64,000 bases of DNA from Anolis carolinensis (Eukaryota): contig NC_085846.1 of assembly GCF_035594765.1 (NCBI RefSeq), forward strand, positions 20,075,190-20,139,189, given 5' to 3'. Position 1 is the stretch's first letter, and each line of letters starts with the position of its first letter. The notes beneath the pieces are model-generated. The model was not told where the DNA came from, searched no databases, and was given only the letters and a program-made list of their open reading frames with translations. Positions 49,014 through 61,296 of the stretch are shown in pieces. The translations under genes and the position numbers were made by a program.

Positions 49014-49603
49014 TAACCCTAAACCTAAGACTAACCCTAACCCTGACCCTACGCCTAACTTTAACTTTTAACAGTAACCCTAACTTTTTAACCCTAATCC
49101 TAACCCTAAACCTAGCCGAACCCTAACCCTAACCCTAGATGAACCCTAACACTAACCCTAACCCAAATCCTAACCCTAAACCTGACCATAACCCTAGCCG
49201 AACGCTAACACTAAGCCTAACCCTAAACCTAATTGTAACCCAACACTAACCCTAATTGTAACCCTAACCCTAACCTAAAACTAACCCTAACCCTAATCGT
49301 AAACCAACCCTAACACTAACACCAATCCTAACCTTAGCCTAAACCTAACCCTAACCGTAGCCGAACACTAACATTAATCCTAAACCTAACCCTAATCATA
49401 ACCCAACCCTAAAATTAACCCTAGCCTAAATCTTATCCTAGCTGAACCTAACACAAACCCTAAACATAAAAAGTAACTCAACCCTAACCCTGTCCCTGAC
49501 CCTACCCCTAACTTTAACCCTAATCCTTACCCTAATCCTAACCCTTACCCTAAACCTAGCCTAACCCTAACCCAACCCTAACCCTAACTTAACCCTAACC
49601 CTA
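49014..49603. repeat. Degenerate interstitial telomeric sequence (CCCTAA)n
   Basis: ~590 bp of CCCTAA with variants CCTAAA, CACTAA, TCCTAA and CCTAGCCGAA. Confidence 0.93.
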
Positions 49604-50565
49604 GAGATTCCTAGATATAACATTTTAATCAAACCTATGAATAATTAAGTTTGCAAAATTAAGCCCACAAATGTGAAGGACAGACTGTACTGACCACTCA
49701 TCCAACAAAAAATTAGGGGAAAGTACATTTAGAGAAACAAAACTTAAACCAATTCACCTATAGGGTGTGTAAGTTAAGCAAATGTCAAACGCTACATTTC
49801 AGAGTAAGGGAGCTTCTCACAGATATGAATAACATGGGGTAAAGCATGGTAACCACTTTTTGCATTATCTTTTTTGCATGTGAAATTTCCACAAAGTAAC
49901 TTTTTAAGATGCCAACATGGATCAGTTTCACTACCTGGCTCAGTTTCACTACATTCACTACCTGGCTCTGGCCACAGGAGGGTGCAAAATTCAGACCATA
50001 TAGGTGCAATGCAATGTGCAGCTCTTTAAAACGTTTAAATTGTCCTATGGAGATTTAATTCTTTAATGTACATGACAAAACCGTTTGCAGATGCTAATGC
50101 CAGTGCCAATGTTTTTTCCCCCCAAATATTTTGAACAAAATGAACTGTTGTTTCAGAGCAGTAAAGAATTGTGGGAGTTGAAATCCAAAACACCTGGAGG
50201 GCCGAAGTTTGCTTGTGACTGGCCTATACTGACCATATAATGCAGTTCAATAGGGTTTCCATGAGTCTGAACACAACAACAGTAAAATACATTTCTGGTT
50301 TTCCATTGTCTTAATGCATGTTGGAATGCATGTTGCTTGGTCTGAAAGATGACGATAAGATTTAGGATTATCTATAGCAGCTCTTTAACCTTTAGCCATT
50401 TCAAAACAGTCTCTCTGAGATTTCCATCTCAAGGCCACTCTAGTGCTTCACCTGTTAAATGCCTCCCCTTTCACAAAGCACAAGACCCTTATTGCTATAG
50501 AGAGGCTGAAAACTGCAGATGCTGCATATCAAAGGCCCTTCATAGGTAAGTGGGGTTTATATATA

Positions 50566-50888
50566 CAGTAGAGTCTCACTTATCCAAGCCTCGCTTATCC
50601 AAGCCTCTGGATAATCCAAGCCATTTTTGTAGTCAATGTTTTCAATATATCGTGATATTTTGGTGCTAAATTCGTAAATACAGTAATTACAACATAACAT
50701 TACTGTGTATTGAACTACTTTTTCTGTCCAATGTGTTGTATAACATGATGTTTTGGTGCTTAATTTGTCAAATCATAACCTAATTTGATGTTTAATAGGC
50801 TTTTCCTTAATCCCTCCTTATTATCCAAGATATTCGCTTATCCAAACTTCTGCCGGCCCGTTTAGCTTGGATAAGTGAGACTCTACTG
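50566..50888. mobile_element. Tc1/mariner-type MITE (copy 4), inserted in a Penelope fragment
   Basis: Perfect TIR CAGTAGAGTCTCACTTATCCAAGC; TA TSD. Confidence 0.9.
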
Positions 50889-50947
50889 TATGTGGAATGT
50901 CCAGGGTGGAAGAAACCCCACTTGCCTAGTTTCCAACAGACCTCACA

Positions 50948-50992
50948 ACCTCTGAGGATGGCTGCCATAGATGTGGGCGAAACATCAGGAGA
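50948..50992 (+). ncRNA. Degenerate minimal hammerhead ribozyme motif (Penelope-type)
   Basis: cct-CTGAGGA-t-ggctgc(catagat)gtgggc-GAAAC-ATC-agg: conserved core boxes, stem II, and stem I cct/agg. Confidence 0.6.
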
Positions 50993-51187
50993 GAGTGCTT
51001 CTGGAATATGGCCATACAGCCCAAAAGACTCGCAGCAACCTACAATCCCCATGTTTCCAAAGCAATAAGCCCTGCCAAACTATATTCCACACAGCCATAT
51101 AACCCTGAATACCAAGGCAGGTAATCCATACTATCTGCTTTAAATTGGTCTGAATCCGCTATGCAATATAATCCAATTCAGTGTAAT

Positions 51188-51600
51188 AATAATAATAAAA
51201 CTTTATTTATACCCCGCCACCATCTCCCCAACGGGGACTCGGGGCGGCTTACATGGGGCCATGCCCAAAACAATACAATATAAACAGCATATAAAAGAAC
51301 AACACATCACAACACAATAAGCAATACAATAAATAATATCCATTACAAAATAAATCAAGGAAACAATGAAAAACAAGGGCGGACCACATGAACATTAAGT
51401 TAAAACTCGGGGTGAGAGAGATACAAGAATAAAAAACCACAGCGAACAGGGTCATAAGGAAGTGGGGTAGTCTGGAGGATAGATATTAGAGGGAGCAACG
51501 GAAAAGAAATATAAAATAGTTACTCTCCAAAAGCACAAGGGAAGAGCCATGTTTTCAAGTCTTTCTTGAAGGCTGCTAATGTGGGGGCTTGCCTAATCTC
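51188..51600 (-). mobile_element. L2 LINE 3' fragment
   Basis: (TAA)n tail, tttataccccgccaccatctcccc..gggactcggggcggcttaca; ORF2 end ..FKKDLKTWLF. Other L2 tails at ~35250-35330, 40755-40825, 41160-41480, 53085-53410, 54600-54700 and 59205-59275. Confidence 0.78.
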
Positions 51601-51719
51601 AATGGTAGATTTTATACAGCTGTGTGGAAGGAGAGATCATGATTTCTACACTTTCTGTGTTCTCCTTTCTCTACCATAAAAGGGAATGATTGTCAAGAGC
51701 CCAACTACTACAGCTCAGG

Positions 51720-51976
51720 CTTCTCGCAGCTCACGAGGCCTCGATTCGTCCCCTTAGCAACTGTTACTAAGGGACTGAAGAGCGAGAGAAAGCAGGAGCG
51801 CGGCGCATGCGCAGACCACTAGAGCACACCTGCTGCAGGGCGAGAGCGGTCGGAGCGAGAGGGTCGGCACCCCCTCCCTCTTTTTGCCTCTCTCCAAGGG
51901 GGCGGGGCCTTCGAGAGACTCTGGGAAATTCCATGTCGCTCTGGAGGGGTGAAGGCAGCTCTTTTCTGCAGGCTGG
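51720..51976 (+). promoter_or_regulatory. NAT14: CpG promoter / non-coding exon 1 of NAT14
   Basis: CpG cluster with two inverted RFX X-box-like sites (51748-51775), NRF1 palindrome GCGCATGCGC (51803-51812) and a GC box (~51898). Donor TGG|gtgagt at 51976/51977. Confidence 0.7.
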
Positions 51977-52456
51977 GTGAGTCCATTGTGCAGGGAGGAG
52001 GGGGGAGTGTTAAGGTTCTGTGCTAAATCGAGCCAATCTATTTTTGTGCAGGGCTTTCTGTGGTTGTTCGTGGGCCATATTTTGCAAGGTCGATTTATTG
52101 CAGGATGGGGTTTATTATAGGATTGCCATTGCTCAGGGTAGCCTTTTATTTTATTTCGTTTTCATTCGCTAGCATTGTTTATGGGGGCAAAACATCCCCT
52201 ATTTGGGTTAATGCTGAGCTGTGTGCACAAAGTGTTCATAACTGTAAGCAAGCTGATACCATGTGCATTTAAATATAGTGCACATAGGATTACGCAATAC
52301 CACACAGTTTGAGTATCCCATATCCTAAAATTCTCCAAAATTGCCCATGAGTTGGTGACAACTTTGCTTGCTGATGATGACAACTTTGCTTGTATACAAA
52401 CTTTGTTTTGTGCACAAAATTATTAAATTCTTACCTTCAGGCTATATGTCTTAAGG

Positions 52457-52590
52457 CAGGCATAGACAAACTTGGGCCCTCCAGGTGTTTTGGACTTCAA
52501 CTCCCACAATTCCTAACAGCCTACCGGCTGTTAGGAATTGTGGGAGTTGAAGTCCAAAACACCTGGAGGGCTCAAGTTTGCCTATGCCTG
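52457..52590. mobile_element. Palindromic hAT MITE (CAGGCATGGGCAAACT family)
   Basis: Near-perfect hairpin with TIR caggcatagacaaact / agtttgcctatgcctg. Half copies at ~3495-3562, ~20290-20371 and ~50165-50220. Confidence 0.85.
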
Positions 52591-52872
52591 GTATAAGGAG
52601 CATATAATCTGATCTCCCAAGATATTTCATTTTGTATATGCAAGTACACTAGACTCTCATTTGCCCGGAACTCAAGCAACTGCAAAAAAAAAAAAAGTAA
52701 TAACAAAATAAATACTTTAAATATACAAACTGTTTTTAGAATACAGTAAAACTGTGTTACGTAACTTCGTCTTTATTTGTCTTCATTTGCTTTTAATTAC
52801 TGGATTTCAGTATTGGCATCAAAGTCAATACAGAGTTTATGGTATGATAATAGTGTGGGGTATAGTATATAG

Positions 52873-52999
52873 CAGGCATGGGCAAACATAGGCTCTCCGG
52901 GTGTTCTGGACTCCAACTCCCACAATGGCCAGTAGACTGTTGGGAATTGTGGGAGTTGAAGTCCAAAACACCTGGAGGGCTGAAGTATGCCCATGCCTG
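52873..52999. mobile_element. Palindromic hAT MITE
   Basis: TIR caggcatgggca / tgcccatgcctg; TSD gtatatag / ctatatag. Confidence 0.85.
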
Positions 53000-53805
53000 C
53001 TATATAGGCCTATTTTTGATAGTAACTCTCAAGCGACCAGAAGCTACATTTATCCGGACATCTACCAATCCCCATGGGTTCCGATTATTTATTTTATTTA
53101 TTTATTACATCATTTCTACCCCGCCCTTCTCACCCCTCAGGGACTCAGGGCGGCTTACAATATACATCAAAATAATTTATATCACATTTAAAAATCCATT
53201 TAGATTAAAAATTACATTAAAATTAAGAGCTTACATTAAAAAACCTACATATATATACATTCAGGCGCATTTCACGTCCAAGTAGGGGCAATCAGTGAGT
53301 CGTATAATTATCATATCTTATTTCTACTGCTACTCTTGCTCAAAAGCCTGGTTCCATAACCACGTTTTCGTTCTTTTTCGGAAAGACAGGAGGGAGGGAG
53401 CCTGTCTAATTACATTTGGGAGGGTCTAACTGAGAGCATACTGTATTTCAAAATCTGAAAAGATCTGGGATTCAAAGCACTTCTGGTCCCAATAATTTTG
53501 GATGATACTCAACCTCAAGTTAGTATAGCATATATTCTGTTTTGCATTACTTTTCAAGGTGATCCTGTGTGGCCAGGGCTCTCAAGTTAGAAATAAAAAA
53601 GTGGTTTGTCTCAAATTATCTAGTAAGAATATTTACTTTTCAGCTGTACCGGCTATATACTTTCACACTACAGTATGAATCCCATATCCACAAGGGATAC
53701 ATTCGTGGATACCTGAAACCGTGGATAGCAAACCCTGTGTTTTGACTATTCTTGGGCTGAATGTGCAGAATATGCTAGAATCACACTGATGGACCTAGGG
53801 TGCAT

Positions 53806-53938
53806 CAGGTATGTGTAAACTTTGGCTCTTCAGGTGTTTTGGATTTCAACTTCCACAATTCCTAACAGCCAGTAGGCTGTTAGGAATTGTGGGAGTTGAA
53901 GTCCAAAAACCTGGATGGTCGAAGTTTGCCCATGCCTG
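53806..53938. mobile_element. Palindromic hAT MITE nested in the end of a longer palindromic MITE (53797-54146)
   Basis: caggtatgtgtaaact ... gtttgcccatgcctg, splitting the host terminus gggtgcat|..|atctacattgtagaatt. Confidence 0.8.
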
Positions 53939-54831
53939 ATCTACATTGTAGAATTGATGTAGATCAACTCCACTTTAACTGGCATGGTCCAATACAATGG
54001 CCCATGGGAGATGTAGTTTTACAAGGTCTTTAGCCTTCTCTGGCAAAGAGTGCTGTTGCTTCACCAAACTCCAAATCATATAACATTGAGCCATGGCAGT
54101 TAAAATAGGGTCAACCGCATTAACTCTACAGTGTAGAAGCATACCCAATATAGGCCCACAAATGCAGAGGGAATGTGTTTTTTGGAATATTGGTAAGTGA
54201 AACTGTGGATATTGAATGTGTGGATAAGGGATCATTCTGTATATCTATAGTCATTTTTAAAGATGTTTTTGGGTGCGTTTTCTCACCTCTTCTACAATTT
54301 TATGGTATGCATTTCAATAGGAAAGTAATAAAGAGTGAGATGTTGGACTGGTAGTCTTTCCAATGTAACTGGAGTATAAATGTTAGTCCTACCAAGGGGT
54401 GTGGGATGATGAATGCTGCAGTCTCAAATTATATCTGAATGGCCACATGTTGCTTACCTTTGTTTTCAGTATGAAAAGATGGCAGAATTGGTGCTGGAGT
54501 TACAGTATATTCCTACAAAGGAGTCAAGTCAGAAATAAAAGTCAAATAAACAAAAGTTTATTTGTTTATGATTTGTTTTTATTGCTGAGTTTTATATTGC
54601 TTATTGCTTGGGCTTGGCCCCATGTAAGCTGCCCTGAGGCCCCTCGGGGAGATGGGGCGGGATATGAAAATAAAATCATTATTATTATTATTATCATATA
54701 TCTTGTTTCCATTGTAGCAGGTGTGCTGACCATGATGTTTGTTCTCTCCACTTCAGATTTTCATGAAAACCTAAACCAGTCAACATCAACACTTCCTTTC
54801 CTTTCAGGTGCTGTTTCTGTTTGCTGTCAGC

Positions 54832-54912
54832 ATGCCTACCCTGGAACCTGAGCAACTGGCCATCAGGGAAATGAGAGAAGAGGAGGCACCAATGGTTTTG
54901 GAGCTTCTGAAG
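54832..54912 (+). CDS. NAT14: N-acetyltransferase 14, coding exon 1; join(54832..54912,56050..56592), 207 aa
   Basis: MPTLEPEQLAIREMREEEAPMVLELLK resembles the human NAT14 N-terminus (LSVREMREDEKPLVLEMLK). Acceptor at 54807; donor AAG|gtgaga, phase 0. Confidence 0.9.
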
Positions 54913-55392
54913 GTGAGATGGATTGGAGGAGAATTGTTTCAGCTACATCTTTTCTTTCTAGTGACTTCCAGGGATTTTCCTGCTTCTTGCAGGGGTTTGG
55001 ACTGGATGGCCCATGAGGTCTCTTCCAACTCTACGATTCTATGATTCTATGACTTCTGAATTGTAAGTCCCAGCAACCCCCACCAATAGTCCAGTTCACA
55101 ACATCTGGATGCTCACCCGATTTCTACCTATGTTCTGTATAGGACTGAATAAGAACATTCCTTTAGAACAGTGGATTGCAACATTTTTAATGGCATTTAC
55201 ACTTAAAAATATATCTGTTCCGATTTACTTACACATCCAACTTAAGAACAACTTGGGGGCTGCCTGTATTCATTTTTCCTTTGGCTATGCATTAGGAGGA
55301 AAACTTTGTAAACCAGAGTAATTTAGTTATTGAAATGAGTGATCAAGGTCCCTATTTCCAAAACGCTTTCATTGATCCATAGAATTATGAAA

Positions 55393-55720
55393 TCATAGAG
55401 TTAGAAGAGGCCATGCGGGCCATTCAGTCCAACCCCCTGACATGCAGGAAAAACAAAATAAAAGCACCCCCAAGAGATGGCCAGCTAGCTTCTGTTTAAA
55501 AGCCTTAAAAGAAGGAGTCTCCAAGGCATTAAGTTTCACTGTTGAACAGTTCTTACTGTCAGGAAGTTCTTCCTGATGTTCAGGTGGAATCTCCTTTCCA
55601 GTCATTTGAACCCATTGTTCTGCGTCCTTGTCTCCAGGGCAAGCCTGCTCCGTCCTCCTTATGACACGCTTTCAGATATTTAAATATGGCAATATACCTT
55701 CTATTCTGCAGGCTAAATCA
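55393..55720 (-). mobile_element. CR1 3' fragment in NAT14 intron
   Basis: aatcatagagttagaagagg..aggaagttcttcctgatgttcaggtggaatctcc, matching 37950-38230. Confidence 0.8.
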
Positions 55721-56049
55721 TTAGACTGTCCTATTTTTCATAGGGCAGCCAAGCATTGGGACTTCCATCAGAGAGATATGAAGACTGTCTCTGTCCATCT
55801 GCATCATGGGGGCCTTTAGTGATGTTGGCAGTCTCCGGTTCTTTCTTAACTCCATACAAATTGTCTCAAAGCCTATAGGCTGCCTTTCTTTGAAGGCTTG
55901 TAAGAAAAGGAATGGGGGCCAAGCATAGGTAGAGAAGTATAGTGTTAACTCCAGAATGTCCTGCTTCAAATTGCGGTGTTGCCACTCATTGGATCCTCCC
56001 CAGCTCTCTGATTTTTCCTTCATATACTTTATCATTCTTCTTCCACCAG

Positions 56050-56592
56050 GATGGCTTCAAGGATACCGAGAACCGCTTGATACTGTATGTGCTGACCCGG
56101 CCGTTGGCGTTGCTGCTGATGGCGGTGGTGAGCAGCGGCCTGCGTTTCTTCCTGAACTCTTTTGTGGTGGCTCTTGTGTTGCCAGTGCTGCTCACCGTAG
56201 TGGCACTGAAACTTCTGCTGTGGCGCTCGCCTGACCTGAAGCATTTGTATACTTACTACAGCGCTGGCCAGCGAGGGCTCTGGGTGGCCGTGTATGATGA
56301 GGACGATGTCTGTGGCTGCGTGGCTCTGGAGCCCCACAATGGAGAACCACGCACTGCCGAGCTCAAACGCCTGGCTGTCAACCGTTGGTACCGCCGCTCT
56401 GGAGTGGGCCGCCACCTCCTTCATTTCCTGGAAAAGCGGGCTCGTGCCCAGGGCTTCAGATTCCTAGTGGCCCATGTCTCAGTTGTTACCAAAGCAGCAA
56501 TTGGGCTCTTTGAAAGCTCTGGCTACAGTGTGAGTGGTGGGCGCCAGTGGCTCGGTTACACAGTCCAGCAGGAGTTCAGAAAAGATCTTTAG
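56050..56592 (+). CDS. NAT14: N-acetyltransferase 14, coding exon 2 (TM segment + GNAT domain)
   Basis: Acceptor ccaccag|GAT. Encodes DGFKDTENR..LTRPLALLL, a hydrophobic TM stretch, the acetyl-CoA motif RRSGVG and ends LGYTVQQEFRKDL*. Confidence 0.94.
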   Translation, partial: DGFKDTENRLILYVLTRPLALLLMAVVSSGLRFFLNSFVVALVLPVLLTVVALKLLLWRSPDLKHLYTYYSAGQRGLWVAVYDEDDVCGCVALEPHNGEPRTAELKRLAVNRWYRRSGVGRHLLHFLEKRARAQGFRFLVAHVSVVTKAAIGLFESSGYSVSGGRQWLGYTVQQEFRKDL

Positions 56593-59500
56593 TAGCCGAG
56601 CCTGCTGTTTAACCATCAGCTGTCAAGCTTAGGGAGCCAGGCAGAATAGCATGTGGATGTTTTGAATCATTTTGCTCCTGAAAGGGAAAAGTATAGAGCT
56701 CCCCAAACCAGCGGTGGTGGAAGAAGCGATTGCCAAGCTCCAAACAGGGTAGTCCTTGGCAGAATAAGGTGGCTCTTTTCAACTGCAAACGGAAAGTTCT
56801 GCAACCATCAGATTAGCAAAGCTAATCAGGGTAAACTATTGTCTGATACTGTCTGCTGAGTCTGGCATGGTATTCAGAATCTTGTGTTGTATTGGGATTT
56901 TGGTCCTAAATTATGAACGCACAGTTTGAGGCACAGGAACAACCTGTTCTTGTTCTTCAGTCCATGCCTTGGGCTAGATAAAAGCTGTGTGTCATTTGTA
57001 TGAAACACGTTCAGATTTTACACCTAAATAACCTCAACTTCAGGAGTGCCAGGTAAATTATGCATAGAAAGCACATATGGAATTTACTATTTTATTTATA
57101 CCATGTCATTGATGTGTGTTGCACTTTAGAAGATGATAGGGCCTGGCCCCAAGGAACTAACCATCTAAAATGTAGTCTCATTTTACTAATCACGTAAGAG
57201 TTTCAGAGAAAAGCTGTTAGAGTTCAAGTTGGAGGTATACAAAAAGAAATATATTACTGTTTTCTAATATAACATGTTTGAAAAATGTATTTGTAATGTG
57301 GTTACAAAATGTGTTTTAAAATTGTGGAAAATTAAAAAAAATGTAACTATTCCCCTTTTAGTAATTTTGAACACACATGCCACTTCTATATAAGAGTCAT
57401 ATGCTGATGTCTTTTATCCATCTTTCTTCAGCATCAGTGGTGGCTTGTTGCTCTCTTGTCAGAGGGACAGTGAGTTCACTTTGAGTTTTAATTGGAATTA
57501 CGATGAAGCTCAAGCCCAGAGTGGCATAGCAGGTTAAACAGCTGAGCTGCTGAACTTGCTGACCAAAAGGTTGGCAATTAGACCTTGGAGGGATCTACAG
57601 ACAGGGATCAGCCTTTGTTCTGCAGTATTCAGTGGTACATATTCCCTGGTAATTCAGGAAAGAGCCATTTTCTTTCTTGGATTCAATGGGAATTTGATCT
57701 GAATAGGCATGCACCAAGATTAAGATGTTGGTCATTTTTATTGCTGAAAGGCACATGTTAGTGCTTTTTGTGGAATGTGCAGATGTTCTGAAGCAGGATA
57801 GGCATGAAAAATCAAAGTTAAATATGCCCCCCAGGTCGTTGTTAGTTTTACAGCAGCTCTGTAAAAGGACTGAAACAGAAACCAATTTGCATTGCACATA
57901 TCAAATTGCTCTTCCTACGAGAAGAGGATGCTTCATCTTCTGTTCAGAGTTTCAAATCTCTTCCAGATCCATATAAAAGAAAGAACAGGAGACCTCTGTT
58001 CTGAACTTAGTCATATTCTTGTAAGCTACTCCCCCATTTCAGAACACTATATTCAGATGGTGTCCTTAGAGATTGCGTGCTGCAGCCAGTAAATGCATGC
58101 ATGTGTCCTTGTTTTATTTAAATTAGTTCATAGCAAGCACTTTTGTTCTGATCCTTGAGTTCTTGTGGAATTTGGGAGGGCTGCAGTAAAAAGAAAAGTA
58201 AAAAAAATTACCAGAGGTCACATTTGTTTTTTAAAATGAAGTTGTTGTTCTGTTTATTTTAATACTGTCAGTGGGGAGAAATGCATATAGGACAGCAGAA
58301 GAATGACTGCCAGGAATGAGGTTAAGCACCCCCCTCCTGAAGCTGCCTTTCTAACAGTCAAAGGAACCATTGGGATTTGCTACACTAATTGCATCTCATG
58401 CATTATTCAGCCCAGCTTGAAGGTGAAAAACAGCAAAGACCTCTTGTTCTTCCTGCATTTCTTTACAGTTGTCAAATTAGGTGGTTGCTGAGGCAGGGTT
58501 GCAGCTGACCCTGTGAGCTGTGTTACTGCATATACGAGTCTAGCTGGGTTAGATGTCAATTTATGTGGTTCACTGGGAACTCTGACATGTATAAAGCAGG
58601 AGTAAGAAGCACGTGGCTCTCTGGGTATTGTTGGGCTGCAGCTCCCAGTAGCCTTAATCCACATAGTGAATCCTGACTATTGCAATGTAACAAATCCAGA
58701 GGGCTGTTTGTTTTCCATTCCTACAAATGAAACACCTGGATTTAAAACTGAGAAATGAGAACATATTTACTGTAGAAAGGGACACAAATTACAGAGGAAC
58801 ATGGCATTCTTGTGAAGACTCTGTCAATGGAAACTGGGATACTTAGTGTTGAGGAGCCTGCTTTGTAGTAGTGCCCTCAATGACAGAACGTTACTTGAGG
58901 GAATGGCAAATATTCACTAATGTGAATAGAGTAAGGGAAAACTCCATTGGGAATGGGGCTCAAACCCAAGTACCTAGGTGTGTTGCACTGTAACTCTTGT
59001 TGTCCACAGCCAACAGTTCAGCCCATTCACACTGCATGATATAAATATATGGAATCTTGGAGTTTAGAGTTCAAGGGAGAATGGTATTTAACAATTAACA
59101 GATGCGGACTACTGACACCTCACCAAATTATGAACCCTAGTATTCTGTAGAATGCTGTCATGGCAATTAAAATGGAATCGTAGTGCTATCGTTGAATTTG
59201 TGCCTACTTATTGTAAGCCGCTTTGAGTCCCCTCGGGGAGAAAGGCGGGGTAAAAGTGATGTAAATAAATAAATAACTGTAATATGAATGGTCCTCTGGG
59301 AGGAACTAGGCTCAGGAAGCATGCCATACCATAATCAAATATTACAGCTTGGAAGGCTTCCTGCTTTTCTGTCTTGATCCTACCAAAAACATTTGGCATT
59401 CAATAGTCACTAAACCTACTCCATTCTCACTGATTTTAAAAAGATTTTTGGATTGGTTATGCCCTCAATTTTTGGTTTTTCTCCCCATAAAGGCCTTTCT

Positions 59501-61296
59501 GTTTGTGCAAACCTTGCTGATATTTCCACTGGTTTTTCAGTAGCTCCGTTGTGGCAATGTCGTAATTCAGCATCAGAGTTGCTATTTGTATATATTTCTA
59601 TGTGGACAGCAGCACCACACCCTAAGTATCCCTTCTTCTGTCTAGCATAAATCAGTACTTTGTCTAAACCACCACCTCAGCTCTCACGGTTTATTATAGC
59701 ATTGACATGGCTTGTAATAGGGATGAATAAAGATCAAGGTTGCTGTGATTTGCCACATTTCTAAAGTTACTTTCTCATGCAGTTGGAACCACACCTAGAA
59801 AAGAATATTCTCTTAAAGAAGAAATAAGAATAGGATTCAGAAGTGGAGGCTAAACTGGGTGAAATGAAGAGCTCTATGGCACAACCACAAATTGTTGTAA
59901 TTTAAAAAAATCAGCACTTTCAAATATTGAATCCTATGCGTAGCAGCATTGTTTTGGTTGCTCACCAGAAGCTTAGAAGAAATGAGACCAGGCTAACTTA
60001 CTTGAGTAGAAAGTTTTACAGTCTGAGTGCTGCAGTAAAGGCTCTGCTATGAGTACTCACCAATCTAATAATAGTTGTGTAGCATTTCTAGTAATACAAT
60101 GACAAAACCTAACCAATTGTGATAATATTGCTTTGAAACTGTCCACTCTTGACAGCTGCTGTTAAATGTTTTTGGACCTCACCTCTAATTTTGCTCTCAG
60201 GGCTACCATTGGATTTTATAAAGGGAATAAAAAAGTGGGAATTTGGTACATTGTTTAACTGTATAGCACTGAGTTGCTATGGTTATTCAGCTATTGTGCC
60301 AAAAACATTGGAACTGGTCCAGCAGCAGAAAACCCTACTATGCAGGTGTCTGAACAAAGCTAATGGTCCAAAATCTAGAAAGGAACTAGCACGGGATTCT
60401 TGAGGCTGGCACAAGGTTAATTCTGTTGTTAAGACCTGGCTTAAGGTGGCATTTCTTCTCCCTCTGCTCCTTCCTGCACAATTCCACCTGGACCTTGCTA
60501 TTTCAATTATTTTTTCCAAATGCAAAAACTGACCAGCTGCTTCTCTGTTCCCAGGCCGTCTTGGCTGGGATGAAGGCCGTGACTCATATTTCCTGTGACG
60601 CTTTCCCTATGGATGGATTTGGCTTGCTGCAAGAAGAGCTACCAGCAAGCATTAGCCTGCATTTCATCTCAATGTGGGTGTAACCCCGTGAAAAAGAATA
60701 AAACGCAGCATATTATGAAACGTTCAGTCCTCCGCAGATCTGAGGACTTCAAGAAGTAGCATCCTGTTAGGATTACTCCTATGAAGTCTAATTTGTATTC
60801 CACCCTTCCTCCAAGGAGCTTGGGTTTGGGGGAAGCATCCGGTTTTTCCAATTTTATCCAGTGGCAAATGAGCACCCCAGTATGATATCTGGGCAAGAAA
60901 CCAGACAGGAAATTGAGATGGAAGGATTGCCACAAAACTGTTGCACTGGAAAACTGAGATGGTGTAAAACAGGAAGGTATTTTTAACATTCTATCCCATC
61001 TGGACTACCCTCCAACATTTTACAAATGAATATCAGAATATGTGTGGCAACATCAGAGTATGGTTCAGATGGCACAAGTTTTTTTTTAATGAGGAAGAAC
61101 ATACAAGCTAAGTAAGATGCAGTAGCTTGCTTTTGCCTGAGCCTATTGGGAATGGAAAGTAATAGGAACAGAACCAGAAGCTCACTAAAGTCAGAGGCGG
61201 AAAACTTGTATGTTGCATGTCCTCCAACATTTCACAGATGAAAGCCAGGAGAAATGTGAAAGTATGGAAAAGATGGCAAAGGTTGTTAACAGAGTA

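Larger units (their letters stand above)
50545..51045 (+). mobile_element. Penelope-like element terminal fragment (split by a mariner MITE)
   Basis: aagtggggtttatata|..|tgtggaatgtccagggtgg..cctcacaacctctgaggatg..cgaaacatcaggagag..ggccatacagccc, matching the recalled Anolis Penelope end. Confidence 0.72.
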
